NCBI RefSeq assembly: GCF_001194135.2
Contig: NC_068982.1
Span: forward strand, 117,961,956 to 118,003,951
Origin: Octopus bimaculoides
Taxonomy: Eukaryota
Direction: 5' to 3'
Length of the DNA: 41,996 bases
Shown here: positions 1 through 10,855 of the stretch, piece by piece
Position numbering within the stretch: position 1 is the stretch's first letter
Layout of the letters: every line of letters starts with the position of its first letter
Made by a program: the position numbers and the translations under genes
The notes under the pieces: model-generated
The model's database searches: none
What the model was told of the DNA's origin: nothing
Seen by the model: only the letters and a program-made list of their open reading frames with translations

Positions 1-978
1 TTTTCAAGAGGAGAATAATCCGTAATCTAATATTCGTGAATCGTTATGCACTTAAAATACTATTAATATTTGAAGCATAATTTCAAATATGTTGTGTTGT
101 ATTCCAAGACAGGAAAACAAGAAAATCTTAGACTTGCCATTATAGTATTGTAACGCTCTTTCTTACGTGGAATTCCGAAAGTCTGAAGTAGCAAAGACAG
201 TAACGCGTTTAGTCATGGAAAGTCTCTCCTCCGTTCAGGTTTGTAATACATACTGACAACCCCATACCACCGCGCAACAAAGTAAATGGCTTAAATCCTT
301 TGGCTTTCAACCACTGAACTTTTGAAGATTATTTCTATACAGGACTGGTAAGTTTAGAATTAGAGTGAATACAAACTCACTCATGGCCCACATGTATATG
401 TATATGTCTGCGTAGGTATGATTCTTTGTATATATATATAAATACAAATATATATATTTATATATGACATATTATNNNNNNNNNNNNNNNNNNNNNNNNN
501 NNNNNNNNNNNNNNNNNNNNNNNNNNNNNNNNNNNNNNNNNNNNNNNNNNNNNNNNNNNNNNNNNNNNNNNNNNNNNNNNNNNNNNNNNNNNNNNNNNNN
601 NNNNNNNNNNNNNNNNNNNNNNNNNNNNNNNNNNNNNNNNNNNNNNNNNNNNNNNNNNNNNNNNNNNNNNNNNNNNNNNNNNNNNNNNNNNNNNNNNNNN
701 NNNNNNNNNNNNNNNNNNNNNNNNNNNNNNNNNNNNNNNNNNNNNNNNNNNNNNNNNNNNNNNNNNNNNNNNNNNNNNNNNNNNNNNNNNNNNNNNNNNN
801 NNNNNNNNNNNNNNNNNNNNNNNNNNNNNNNNNNNNNNNNNNNNNNNNNNNNNNNNNNNNNNTATATATCTATGTATATCTATGTTTATATATGTATATA
901 TCCATGTATGGATGTGTGTATATATATACATACATACATAAAAGTGTACATACATGCATACAAACATACATACATACA

Positions 979-1013
<35 letters not shown>

Positions 1014-2496
1014 TTAAAATTATCTTATATCGAAACTGCAAAGATTAATGAGTCAGTAAATACAGATACCGGGTTTTGTTTATATTTTGATTCATTCTTT
1101 ATTCTCAAATTTAGTATAAAGAAACTGCTGATATATCAAAAGGAAATCCCCAGATGTCATATCCAATGATTTTCCGTAGTAGAAACTAGGCAGTAGAACA
1201 GATATCTCCTCAGTAAATCATACCAATTTAAATCCTTGCACATAGAGCAACTGGAACATACGCTCAAAAGTAATTTTAATAGAAACTGCTACAAACTTTG
1301 ATACGCTTTGTAATATAAGATACACAGAGAAACCATGTTGGATGGCTATGAAAGCTATAAAGGAGAGACATCAGGAAGTCTACAAGAATGATTTGCAAAA
1401 CACAAGAGTAAATATAAGGAAAAGAAAGGAACATGAACACTCTACCAGCCTACAATATAAAAACAAAACAGGTCAATAAAAATGGTCAAAGGACCCAACC
1501 ATCCGATAAATTACATACGTTATGAAAATGTACGTGACAGGAGGCAACAGATAAATACACTTACGGGAGGAACGGGTAGCGTAACAGTAGTATAACTTCA
1601 ACCAACGCCCCAATAAAATATATTGGAAAACAAGTAAAACGAAGCGATATTAACAGGTACACCCGTATATAGCTCCTAATGTTAGCAGCGACAGCTGTAG
1701 AAAATGAAATAACGCCATTATGTCACAGAGGAGATGGAATAACACTAAATTCCTGCTTTATTGTTTACACATGTGTAAACAATAAGACAAATTTAAAAAA
1801 AAATATAAGCCCAATGAAACTGCTTGAGATGTAGTGAAAAATGATGTTAACATAAAGAAACATAATCAAGTTTGGAATTTCAATTCATATTTCTCATGAA
1901 AAGAATGTAAAATATGTCAAATGTGAAACGATATTGTGACAAAAATAATACAAACGTATTTTAGTGAGAGTAAGAGAGTATTAAAGATATTGCCTGGGAC
2001 AAAGGAAAGTAGAGGTGTAAATTTTGTAACTTACAAATTGAGTTTTTGCAGAAAATTAATTCTTTTCCCTTGAAGAATTATGTTTTCTAAATTACGGTTC
2101 AGGTGAACGTGTGGGAATATTAGGAGGTAGTGAAAGCAGACACAGAAAAAAATTAGTTGCTGAGTGTAGGCAACGGTTACTAGATAGAAAAATGAGTAAT
2201 ATACAGCAGGGAAATATATAAGGAAAATATTTTCGGCATGAAAACCATTAGTGACATGTTTAAATATTAGGGGATATCATTAGATTAAAATCAATGTCAT
2301 TGATTTAATAAAATATTAAAGTAGTACCGATAAAGATAGGAGTAAACGAAAAAATTAGCGTAATACTTTTAAATGTTCCAAGTATGAAACTGCACACATT
2401 GACCGGTATATTACATTTTTCTTCTCATAAAAATACAGTATGTATATTGTCTATATTCTAAAGCTTTGGAGAACATCTTTTCTATTCTTTTTTTTT

Positions 2497-2860
2497 TCTT
2501 TTACTTGTTTCAGTCATTTGACTGTGGCCATACTGGAGCACCGTCTTTTATCAAGCAAATCGACCCCGGACTTATCCTTTGTAAGCCTAGTACTTATTTT
2601 ATCGGTCTCTTGCCAAACCGCTAAGTTACGGGGACGTAAACACACCCGCATCAATTGTCAAGCAATGTTGGGAGGACAAACTCAGACACACAAATACACA
2701 CACACACACACACAAACACATAACTATATATTTATATATACGACGGGCGTCTTTCAGTCTCCATCTACCAAAGGCACTCACAAGGCTTTGATTAGCCCGA
2801 GGCTATAGTAGAAGATACTTGCACAACGTGCCACGCAGTGGGACTGAACCTGGAACCACA
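2497..2860 (-). mobile_element. tRNA-derived SINE (family A), 5'-truncated head, internal CA/TA microsatellite
   Basis: Minus strand has a B-box-like GGTTCCAGGTTCAGTCCC near 2860-2840 and a tail ...GGTGCTCCAGTATGGCCACAGTCAAATGACTGAAACAAGTAAAAGA. A tail-only relative lies at 37947-37990 (+). It matches my recollection of an abundant octopus SINE. Confidence 0.8.
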
Positions 2861-2889
2861 CAGCCACTATATGTTATACTCGAAAGTAT

Positions 2890-2998
2890 TAAAGGCAAAG
2901 CCGACCTTTGTGGTATTTGAAATTAGAAAGTAAAAACAGACGAATTGCTGCTCAGAATTTTATCTGTCGTTCAAACGATTCTGTAATTTCGACGTCTT
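2890..2998 (-). mobile_element. SINE family B, head-side fragment
   Basis: AAAGGCAAAGCCGACC...ATTTGAAATTAGAAAGTAAAAACAGACG aligns by eye with 3650-3748 and with the reverse complement of 34166-34275. Confidence 0.65.
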
Positions 2999-3009
2999 AC
3001 ACAAATATT

Positions 3010-3206
3010 CAATAATGGTTTCAAATTTTAGCGCTAAGCCAGCAATTTCAGAGAGGTGGTAGGTCGATTACGTCGACCAATGTACTTGACTGGAAATTAT
3101 TTTACCGATTTCGAGAAGGTTAAATACAAATTCCACATCAGTGGAATGTGAACTCAGCGATGAAATGTCGCTAAGGATTCTAACTTTTCTTCCAGCTCGG
3201 CGGTTT
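3010..3206 (-). mobile_element. SINE family B, diverged copy
   Basis: Shares GCCAGCAATTTCAG, GTCGATTAC(A/G)TCGACC, TGAACTCAG and CCAGCT blocks with 3550-3748. Confidence 0.75.
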
Positions 3207-3228
3207 ATAAATATATTTTTTTTTAATT

Positions 3229-3535
3229 ATGCGCCTTTTTAAAGGCCTAGCCAGGCTCACGGGCCAGGTTTCCCGGTTTCTATGGCGTATGTGTTCCCCC
3301 CAGCTGGACGGGACGCCAGTCGATCGCAGCGTTACTCAAGAAGCAGGAAGAAAGTGTAAGAGAAAGTTGGGGAGAAAGAGTACAACAGGGGTCGCCACCT
3401 TCCCCTGCCAGAGCCTCGTGGAGCTTTTAGGTGTTTTGGTTCAATAAACACACACAACGCACGGTCTGGGAATCGAAACCGCGATCCTCCCACTACGAGT
3501 ACGCTGCCCTAACCACTGGGCCATTGCGCCTCCAC
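3229..3535 (-). mobile_element. tRNA-headed SINE (family C), apparently full length
   Basis: Minus strand starts GTGGAGGCGCAATGGCCCAGTGGTTAGGGCAGCG (A box) and has GGTTTCGATTCCC (B box, 3480-3468). Its tail CCTGGCTAGGCCTTTAAAAAGGCGCAT recurs at 24197-24240. Confidence 0.85.
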
Positions 3536-3549
3536 AGATATTTAATACT

Positions 3550-3748
3550 GATTTTAAATGTTGGCAGAGGGCCAGCAATTTCAGGCGAGGGGTTACATCG
3601 ATTACAACGACCACAGAGTTTAACTAGTACTTACTTTACCGACCCCGAAACAGATGAAAATAAAAGACAATATCGGTAGTATTTGAACTCAGAATGTAAG
3701 GACAGACGCAATACCGCTAAGCTACCGATTCTGCCAGCTTGGTGCCTT
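3550..3748 (-). mobile_element. SINE family B
   Basis: Minus-strand head AAGGCACCAAGCTGGCAGAATCG and B-box-like GAGTTCAAAT; central GGGGTCGGTAAAGTAAGTACTAG block; homologous to 34166-34380. Confidence 0.8.
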
Positions 3749-4756
3749 ACAGATATTTAATAATAAAATTTTATAGCAATAGAATATTTAGTGTGTCTTT
3801 TAAACCATCACAATACGTTTTTTTTGTTAACAAAGCTTACGTTTTTACTGCAATTCTTTCTTAAAAATCAAACCGGTAATGATAAAATATATTTGATCTT
3901 GCCAAAGAATTTCAAGGTAATAAATGAATTCATTTTAAATGGCTATAGTTTATGTATTTATTCAGTCAATGACTTTATATTACTTGTATTACTTCTGTCA
4001 AATATTGGTAATTTATGTTTTTAAATTGATTTTACTACAGTAAAATGTTTCAGAATCAAGATATCTCTAATTTTTCCATTTCATTCGCAGTTTTTTTTTA
4101 TTTTTATTTCCCATTTTTCACTCTACGCTCCTAATTTTTCTTCTCTATTCTACTTTGTATAATATTAATGACTCATTCTTATGCTCGTGATTTTCTTCCA
4201 AATTATACTCAGTTGAACCAACATTTACAGACGAAATATTGCATGAATAAGCACCTTTCTTTACCCTCAATTTTTGCATATTATTCCGTGTTTTCCTTCC
4301 ATCATTTACTCTATTTTCACCGAGCTTTTTCAACATTCTTTTACAAAATCTGTCTCTACGTTATTCTTATAAGACGATATTCTCTTAAATGACCGTGTTC
4401 CACACGTATACGATATTCATTTTTTTTTTATTTAACGCTCTTTTTTTTTATTTTAATGCTCCATGTCACCACTCTCAATGCATGTATGCCCTAATATATT
4501 CAATAAGTAATTTCTCTTGAGGGTTATAGAATAATGAATATACTTCCTGATTGAGTGATATAATTTAGTAGGTGAGTTAATGGAATAGGATTAATCCTTA
4601 AATCAATCAAGCAACTTAAACGATGGTTGAACCGTAAGTAATAAGTGACATCAAATTTAGCAGGGAAAATGGTGATTATGACTACGGTGGACAAAACTGT
4701 AACAACATTAATTTCATGAAAGGGTTTAGACATCATTACAATAAAGACAACACGTA

Positions 4757-5622
4757 CGAGATCTGATCAGTAAGTCTCTGGACTACAGCTATAGTAACGA
4801 AGCTGAGGCCGCAGAGTAAATCTGCTTGGCACAGATTGACCTTGATCTCCGCTGTGTAAGCACACTAAGTTTCAATGTCCTAGCTTACATACCCTGCTTA
4901 CAGCGGTGCTTGGAAGTAACGTGTGCAACGTGTGATAGTCGCATTGACCATGAGAGAAAAAGATGTCACGGCAATTCCTGCCCAAAGGCCTACACAAAGT
5001 TGCAGAAAGTGTATGGAGACGAGTGTATGAGCCATACACAAATGTACGAGCGGTTCAGACGTTTCCAAAATAGTCAAGAACTTGTCGATATTGACGAACA
5101 TTCTGGGGATCCACAACTAACAAAACTTGAGAAAATCATCGCAGATATACGTGCAGCTGCGTGGCAAAAACGTTGAATCTCCATTCGTGAGTTATAAGAT
5201 AAAGTGCAGATTAGTTACGGTTCAGTTAACTCCATTATCAGCGAAGATCTAGGTATAAGAAGCATGTCTGTTAAGTTTGTGCAAAAACTACTTTCAGGAT
5301 ACTCGGGTTTTAGTTGCACAAGATTTCCTTAATTGTATCGAGATCGATTAAAACTTTTTGAAAACTTTGCATAGGGCCCTGAGCGGTTATCACCAAGCTT
5401 TTGACAAAACTTTGATGCAGATTCTCTGCTCAACTTTCTCCGCCACACGTTACACATGTTACTTCCAAGCACTACTCTAAACAGCGGAGACGAGCTAGAA
5501 TGTTAAAACTTAATGTGCATGCACAAAAGAGGTCCAGATCAAAATGTGCCAAGCGGCTTCACATTGCGTGCTTTAGCTTCGTTACTATTGAAACGGTCAG
5601 GTTACTTATTGATAAGACCACG
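4757..5622 (+). mobile_element. Non-autonomous mariner derivative with two left ends in inverted orientation
   Basis: TA at 4755-56 and 5623-24 flank TIR-like ends CGAGATCTGATCAGTAAGT / CGTGGTCTTATCAATAAGT (reverse complement). Plus strand encodes a degenerate mariner N-terminus (KAYTKLQKVYGDECMSHTQMYERFRRF...SIREL*DKVQISYGSVNSIISEDLG...KFVQKLL...NFLKT). 5622-5352 is an inverted second 5' end encoding EKVEQRICIKFCQKLG. Confidence 0.85.
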
Positions 5623-6662
5623 TAAATGCACATATATACACACATACCTACATACGTAAACACGCACACACACAAGCACAAATACACACATACACACACA
5701 CACACACGCATTTATGTGCAATAAACGTATTTATGTACGTGAGTCTGTAAATGTGACTAGAGTACAACATTGGGTTCTATTTTAGTATTTCCCTGTACAA
5801 AATATCAACTAGTTTGAACATTCCTGTCACATAATTCTTTATATCCCGATATAGTAGTTAACAATGACTCGGTATAGATACATTCTGTCTGACACAGCCG
5901 ATTGCACTTCTCTTTATTTGCTGAGGTTATTTCAAATATAATTACACACGGCGGTATTCTTTATGATATCATTTTATTTTCTAATATTAATTAGTCTGTG
6001 GATGAATGACAGAGTTCATGGCATTTGAGAGCCGACACTTATAGTGGGGTTGTTTCAGTTCATATTGATTTGAACTACTCTAATCTATTTCAGCTCTCAA
6101 CAATTCAGACGTAGAAGACATATGCGCTCTAAAGAAAATGAATTGGGTACATTTTTACATACAAAATGTCATTGGACAGATAAAATAAATATGAACAAAA
6201 ATTAAAGGCGAATCTTTGCGTAGCCTGAAATGGAAATATTCTAAAACCTGTTAGATAACATAGTTGCTGTAACAGAAAGTGTGTTCGACCTTACATTCCC
6301 TTGTTTGAATTGAGGTGAATATCATATGTAGTAAATCGGTTTGCAACTGTCAATGTATTTTGTGTTGTTCTCGCTTGTTAACTCTCCAGCAGTTTGATAG
6401 ACGAAATATATGATTGCGCTGCTCGTATTCGGTCGCATAATATTCAACTGAAGGCATTATATCAGGCATTGATATATATATNNNNNNNNNNNNNNNNNNN
6501 NNNNNNNNNNNNNNNNNNNNNNNNNNNNNNNNNNNNNNNNNNNNNNNNNNNNNNNNNNNNNNNNNNNNNNNNNNNNNNNNNNNNNNNNNNNNNNNNNNNN
6601 NNNNNNNNNNNNNNNNNNNNNNNNNNNNNNNNNNNNNNNNNNNNNNNNNNNNNNNNNNNNNN

Positions 6663-8335
6663 GACTAAAAAAGAAATTGACTATTTATCCAATTTTAAAT
6701 ACAGACAAAGTCTCTTCTACGGATTACCCAAAATACACAATAATTTACTAAAGCTTGCAAAGATTGTCCAAGCCTATGCATTAATGTCCCCCGCTCCTAC
6801 TGACCTCAAACTAAGAGCCATCATTGCTGGCCCTTCTTGTAAAACTCACCGTTTGAGCAATTTCCTTGGCATCTTACTCAAAGCGTTTCTAAACTATGTG
6901 AAAAGCTTCATCAGGGATGACTTAGACATGCTTAACTACCTCCCGAAGCGAATAAATGAAGGAACCCTGTTAATATCATTCGATCTGAGAAACCTGTATA
7001 CCAATATCCCACACGATTATGGCATAGAAGCAATCGCCTTCCGGCTAGAAAGATACCCAGAAGAGGTCCTAGGACGCATCAACCACCGATTAATAATTAC
7101 AGCACTGAAATTCATCCTAATGAACAACTATTTCATGCTCAATACAGTCTTCTATCGACAAAAATGTGGAATCGCGATGGGAACTCGAGATGCCCCAGTG
7201 ATCACGAACATTGTAATGGGTTACATAGAACTTAAAATATACCAATCATCACTAAACAAATATGGCACCTAATTTCAAAGCTATTTAAAGAACTGGAATA
7301 GTTATTTAGATGATTGCTTTATACTTTGGAAAGATAGCATGGATAAACTCCACAATTTCAAAATAATGCTCAACAATATCAATAGCAACATACAATGTTC
7401 CGTGCAACACAGCAAAAAACAACTCCGTTTTCTTGACATCCTAATTAAAATAGTCAATAACCACATCCAAACAGATATCTTCTATAAGCCCGCAGATTCA
7501 AAACAGTAATTATTATTCAACTCACGACACCCCAAACACATAAACATTAATGTACCTTATAATCTAGCGAAAAGAATCTGTACTATAGTTTCGGACACCA
7601 ATACTCATGAATGAAGCCTTCTTGAACTCAAGAGACATTCCCTAACATCATTAAATGTTGGGATTAAACGAACAAAGGAAATAGACATACGAACATTAAG
7701 GGAAATCAACCGAAATACAACATCAGGCATAAAATACTCCTATATATCTCCACACATAACCCTAGATACAACGAAGCCTTCAAAATTATCACCCAAAATC
7801 CACCCATTCTCGCAGGAGACAAAACGATGAACAAACTTTTAGGCTCACACAAAATTATCAAGAGCAAAATACAACCGATATCATTGAAAAAAGTATTAAC
7901 TAACGCAAGACTTTATCCATTAACAATGGAACCAAAACTGAGACAATGCGCTCGGCCAAACTGTGGCACATTCCCCCACCTTTTGGAAGGTACAGAGTCC
8001 CACTTTAAACAAGGTGAAATATTTAAGATTAAATCAAATTTCAACTGTGCTTCGGAAAAACCTAATCTAATCCATTACCTGCTTAGGGTGCGGTAATCAA
8101 TATATTGGCCAAACAAGAATATCACTCCGTCGGAGAACCACTTTTCACAAAGACCAAATCCGCCACCCACAATACAGACAGATATAGGTCAGTGAACACA
8201 TAGATAGGTGTACTAGGAACCTTAATACTAATTTCCCAATTTTTCCCTTCCATCAATGTTCACCTAAATCCTCAGTACAGCAAAGAATAAATAAAGAATC
8301 AACTTTCGTCAATATCATCTATAACTTAACATGAA
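6663..8335 (+). mobile_element. Penelope-like element: reverse transcriptase + GIY-YIG endonuclease, disrupted
   Basis: LFYGLPKIH, RAIIAGPSCKT, ISFDLRNLYTNIP, RQKCGIAMGT, YLDDCFILW (7303-7329), FLDI, TDIFYKPADS; then C-x-x-C and NQYIGQTRISLRRR near 8095-8135. Stops at 7270, 7507 and 7612 plus at least two frameshifts. The 5' end is lost in a gap. The listed ORF start at 6394 spans Ns and is not meaningful. Confidence 0.92.
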
Positions 8336-8915
8336 CACAACATAATACAGAACACTAACCTTACCAATAATGCCACTAGCACCCATAACATTCCTTATAC
8401 CATTCATATTACAATATCATATCGACCCTAATTGCATCACGTCCAAAACTACTTACCTCCCTTACACAATCTTTTTACTCAGGGACTAGTAGACCCGACA
8501 CCGTTTGATAATCGGTGTGCATTCAAAGCCAATGGATCGCAATGACGATACCGGTTTGATTTTGAAACTCTTTAACAATTCAAAATAATGAATCTAATTC
8601 TTCTTAATTCTACCTCAGTTCATCTAGTTGTACTTATTTATCGCTACATTTCATAAAAAACATTGTTCTTTTGATATTCAATGTTCATTTTCGTTTTTCT
8701 TTTCATCTTACTTTCCCCATCTCTTTTCCACGTATAGTTTCTTTTTTCTTTTTGAAACATATTATANNNNNNNNNNNNNNNNNNNNNNNNNNNNNNNNNN
8801 NNNNNNNNNNNNNNNNNNNNNNNNNNNNNNNNNNNNNNNNNNNNNNNNNNNNNNNNNNNNNNNNNNNNNNNNNNNNNNNNNNNNNNNNNNNNNNNNNNNN
8901 NNNNNNNNNNNNNNN

Positions 8916-8947
<32 letters not shown>

Positions 8948-9190
8948 GCACATATATATGTATGTCTGTATGTATATACAAGTATGCATACACATATATA
9001 CATACTTGTGATCTAAATAAATAAGTGGGTAAGTGTTATAGTTGGTCGACCGTCTGGTTCAGAGATCACAGTCAAAGCTGGATATAGGGATCTGTGTTAC
9101 GGTTCCGTTATAAGAGGTATATATTATATTAGGAAGAACGTGTATCTCAAATTATTTAGAATAGTTTAATTAGGGTAAGATGAATTTGAA

Positions 9191-9266
9191 GTCTTACAGC
9201 AGTTTCTGAGATAACACAAGTGGTAGGTTAGCATGTACGTGCACTGGATATTCCATCATCAGAGAA
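9191..9266 (-). ncRNA. Minimal type I hammerhead ribozyme motif (Penelope-tail type) with intact catalytic core
   Basis: Minus strand UUCU-CUGAUGA(9262-9256)-[49 nt, imperfect stem II]-GAAAC(9206-9202)-UGCU-GUA-AGAC. Stem I is 3 bp (UCU/AGA); stem III is 2 bp. A pyrimidine-rich tract typical of PLE 3' regions precedes it (9270-9425, minus). Confidence 0.6.
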
Positions 9267-10059
9267 AGGTATGAATATTTTAGACGGGGAAAATTTACAC
9301 TTTACAAGGAATAGAATCCACGGTTTATAAGGAATAAAACAGAAGTATAAAGGGGTAAAATAAAACAAATAAAGGAGTAAAATATAGAAGAATAAAGAAT
9401 AAAAGTAGTTAGAAGAATAAAGGCAGTAGACTAATGTTCACAATTCATCTTTTTCCAGGAGATATGGATGTTGGTCAGTACTGCCATAGAGGTACAGTTT
9501 TTTTTTGTTACAATCACAGGTAAATTTAGGCAGTATTGTAACAGTACTCTGAATGATGTATTCACATTTTAAATGTGTATATAGAACGAAAAAGTATGAT
9601 AGAACTAAATGGGTTTGTGAGTGGGTGTATGAGAGAGAGAGAGAGGAGAAAGTAAGAAAGAGTGATAGGAGAAAGGATTAGAAAATAAGATACTGGTTAA
9701 ATGGTAAAAAATGAAAATATGATAAAAATAAGTGAAATTAAAAATTATTGAGCTGAAATTAATTGGTTTCTAAGATAGTTATAGTGATAGGAAGGTAGGG
9801 GAAGAAGAAGAGAGTGTACACAGACACACACACACAGAAACACATATATATATATACATACATACATACATGCATATACATATACATATATACATACATA
9901 TACAAACATACACATATACGTATAAGCCTACATGTAAGGCGCGCACATATACATACATACACACACACATATAAACATCCATATACATATTGTAACGACC
10001 GTAGACAGCTGTGTTATGCGTGTTGATTTTGTTTGCATTTGAACCTATGGAAGCATCTG

Positions 10060-10400
10060 AAGGTGTGATAGAACCTATGATCACATGTAGAAAAAGCTCC
10101 GTTTTGTTTATTTAGTGATTGCTGTGAATTACGTATTAATATTTCGTAAGCATCTTTTAGGCATTGTCCACGACTGGATCGCAGGTCTCGATATCGGAGC
10201 CCGGAATCTATAATGGCCGAGGATATCCTGCATGGTATCTTACTATTTGTTAGATGGTTTATATGGATGACTAGGAATGAGCGTACATGTGCAGAATATC
10301 TCCATTTAAAATTAATAATAAGCCCGATACACCAGTTAGTAGAATTATCCAATAAAATGGTCAACCGGACATTAGTAGACTACGTTAAATCTTGTGCAGT
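10060..10400 (+). mobile_element. Degenerate 3' end of an L1/Tx1-type LINE ORF2 (zf-RVT-like region)
   Basis: One frame reads APFCLFSDCCE...S*ASFRHCPRL...FVRWFIWMTRNER, resembling the C-x-x-C...H-x-F-x-x-CP and WxIWxxRN motifs. Recognised by eye only. Confidence 0.4.
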
Positions 10401-10407
10401 GTATATA

Positions 10408-10427
10408 TACGGCCGTTTCTGCAGTAT

Positions 10428-10498
<71 letters not shown>

Positions 10499-10519
10499 CA
10501 TACTGCAGAAACGGCCGTA
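10408..10519. repeat. Perfect 20-bp inverted repeat enclosing a (CA)n(TA)n microsatellite
   Basis: TACGGCCGTTTCTGCAGTAT (10408-10427) is the exact reverse complement of ATACTGCAGAAACGGCCGTA (10500-10519). Confidence 0.95.
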
Positions 10520-10816
10520 AGATTTTGTACCCATTTGGGATTCCTCATGAATCATTTTATACTAACTTTCTTATCTACCCTCCGCCTTGATTCTAATACG
10601 GACATTCGGACTTCGCAAGCACCTCTATGTATTTATATTTATGCGTTTGTAAATTTTTATATATCTATGAATTTCTATATATCTAGAAATCTTCGTATGT
10701 ATGGGTGTTTATGAATTCTTATTAATTTTTATCATATCTCATATATGATAAATATTTATATGGATTGAATGAATATATACACCGAGTTTTGAAATTTGTT
10801 TCGCTCCATCTTAATT

Positions 10817-10855
<39 letters not shown>

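Noticed and set aside
1-350. A frame with few stops (AKTVTRL...KSFG...LNF...RVN) faintly like a Gypsy integrase, and a minus frame faintly like a hAT dimerisation domain
   Set aside because: Two incompatible weak resemblances and no catalytic motif; cannot be called.
3440-3535. tRNA-like A and B boxes
   Set aside because: No complete cloverleaf and it continues into a SINE body, so it is a SINE head rather than a tRNA gene.
8540-8580. ATGACGA...GAAAC at the tail of the first Penelope element
   Set aside because: Core C is mutated and stems II and III do not pair; at most a dead remnant.
9435-9500. Possible micro-exon after TCTTTTTCCAG
   Set aside because: Weak donor, unrecognisable peptide, and it lies in a probable Penelope tail on the opposite strand.
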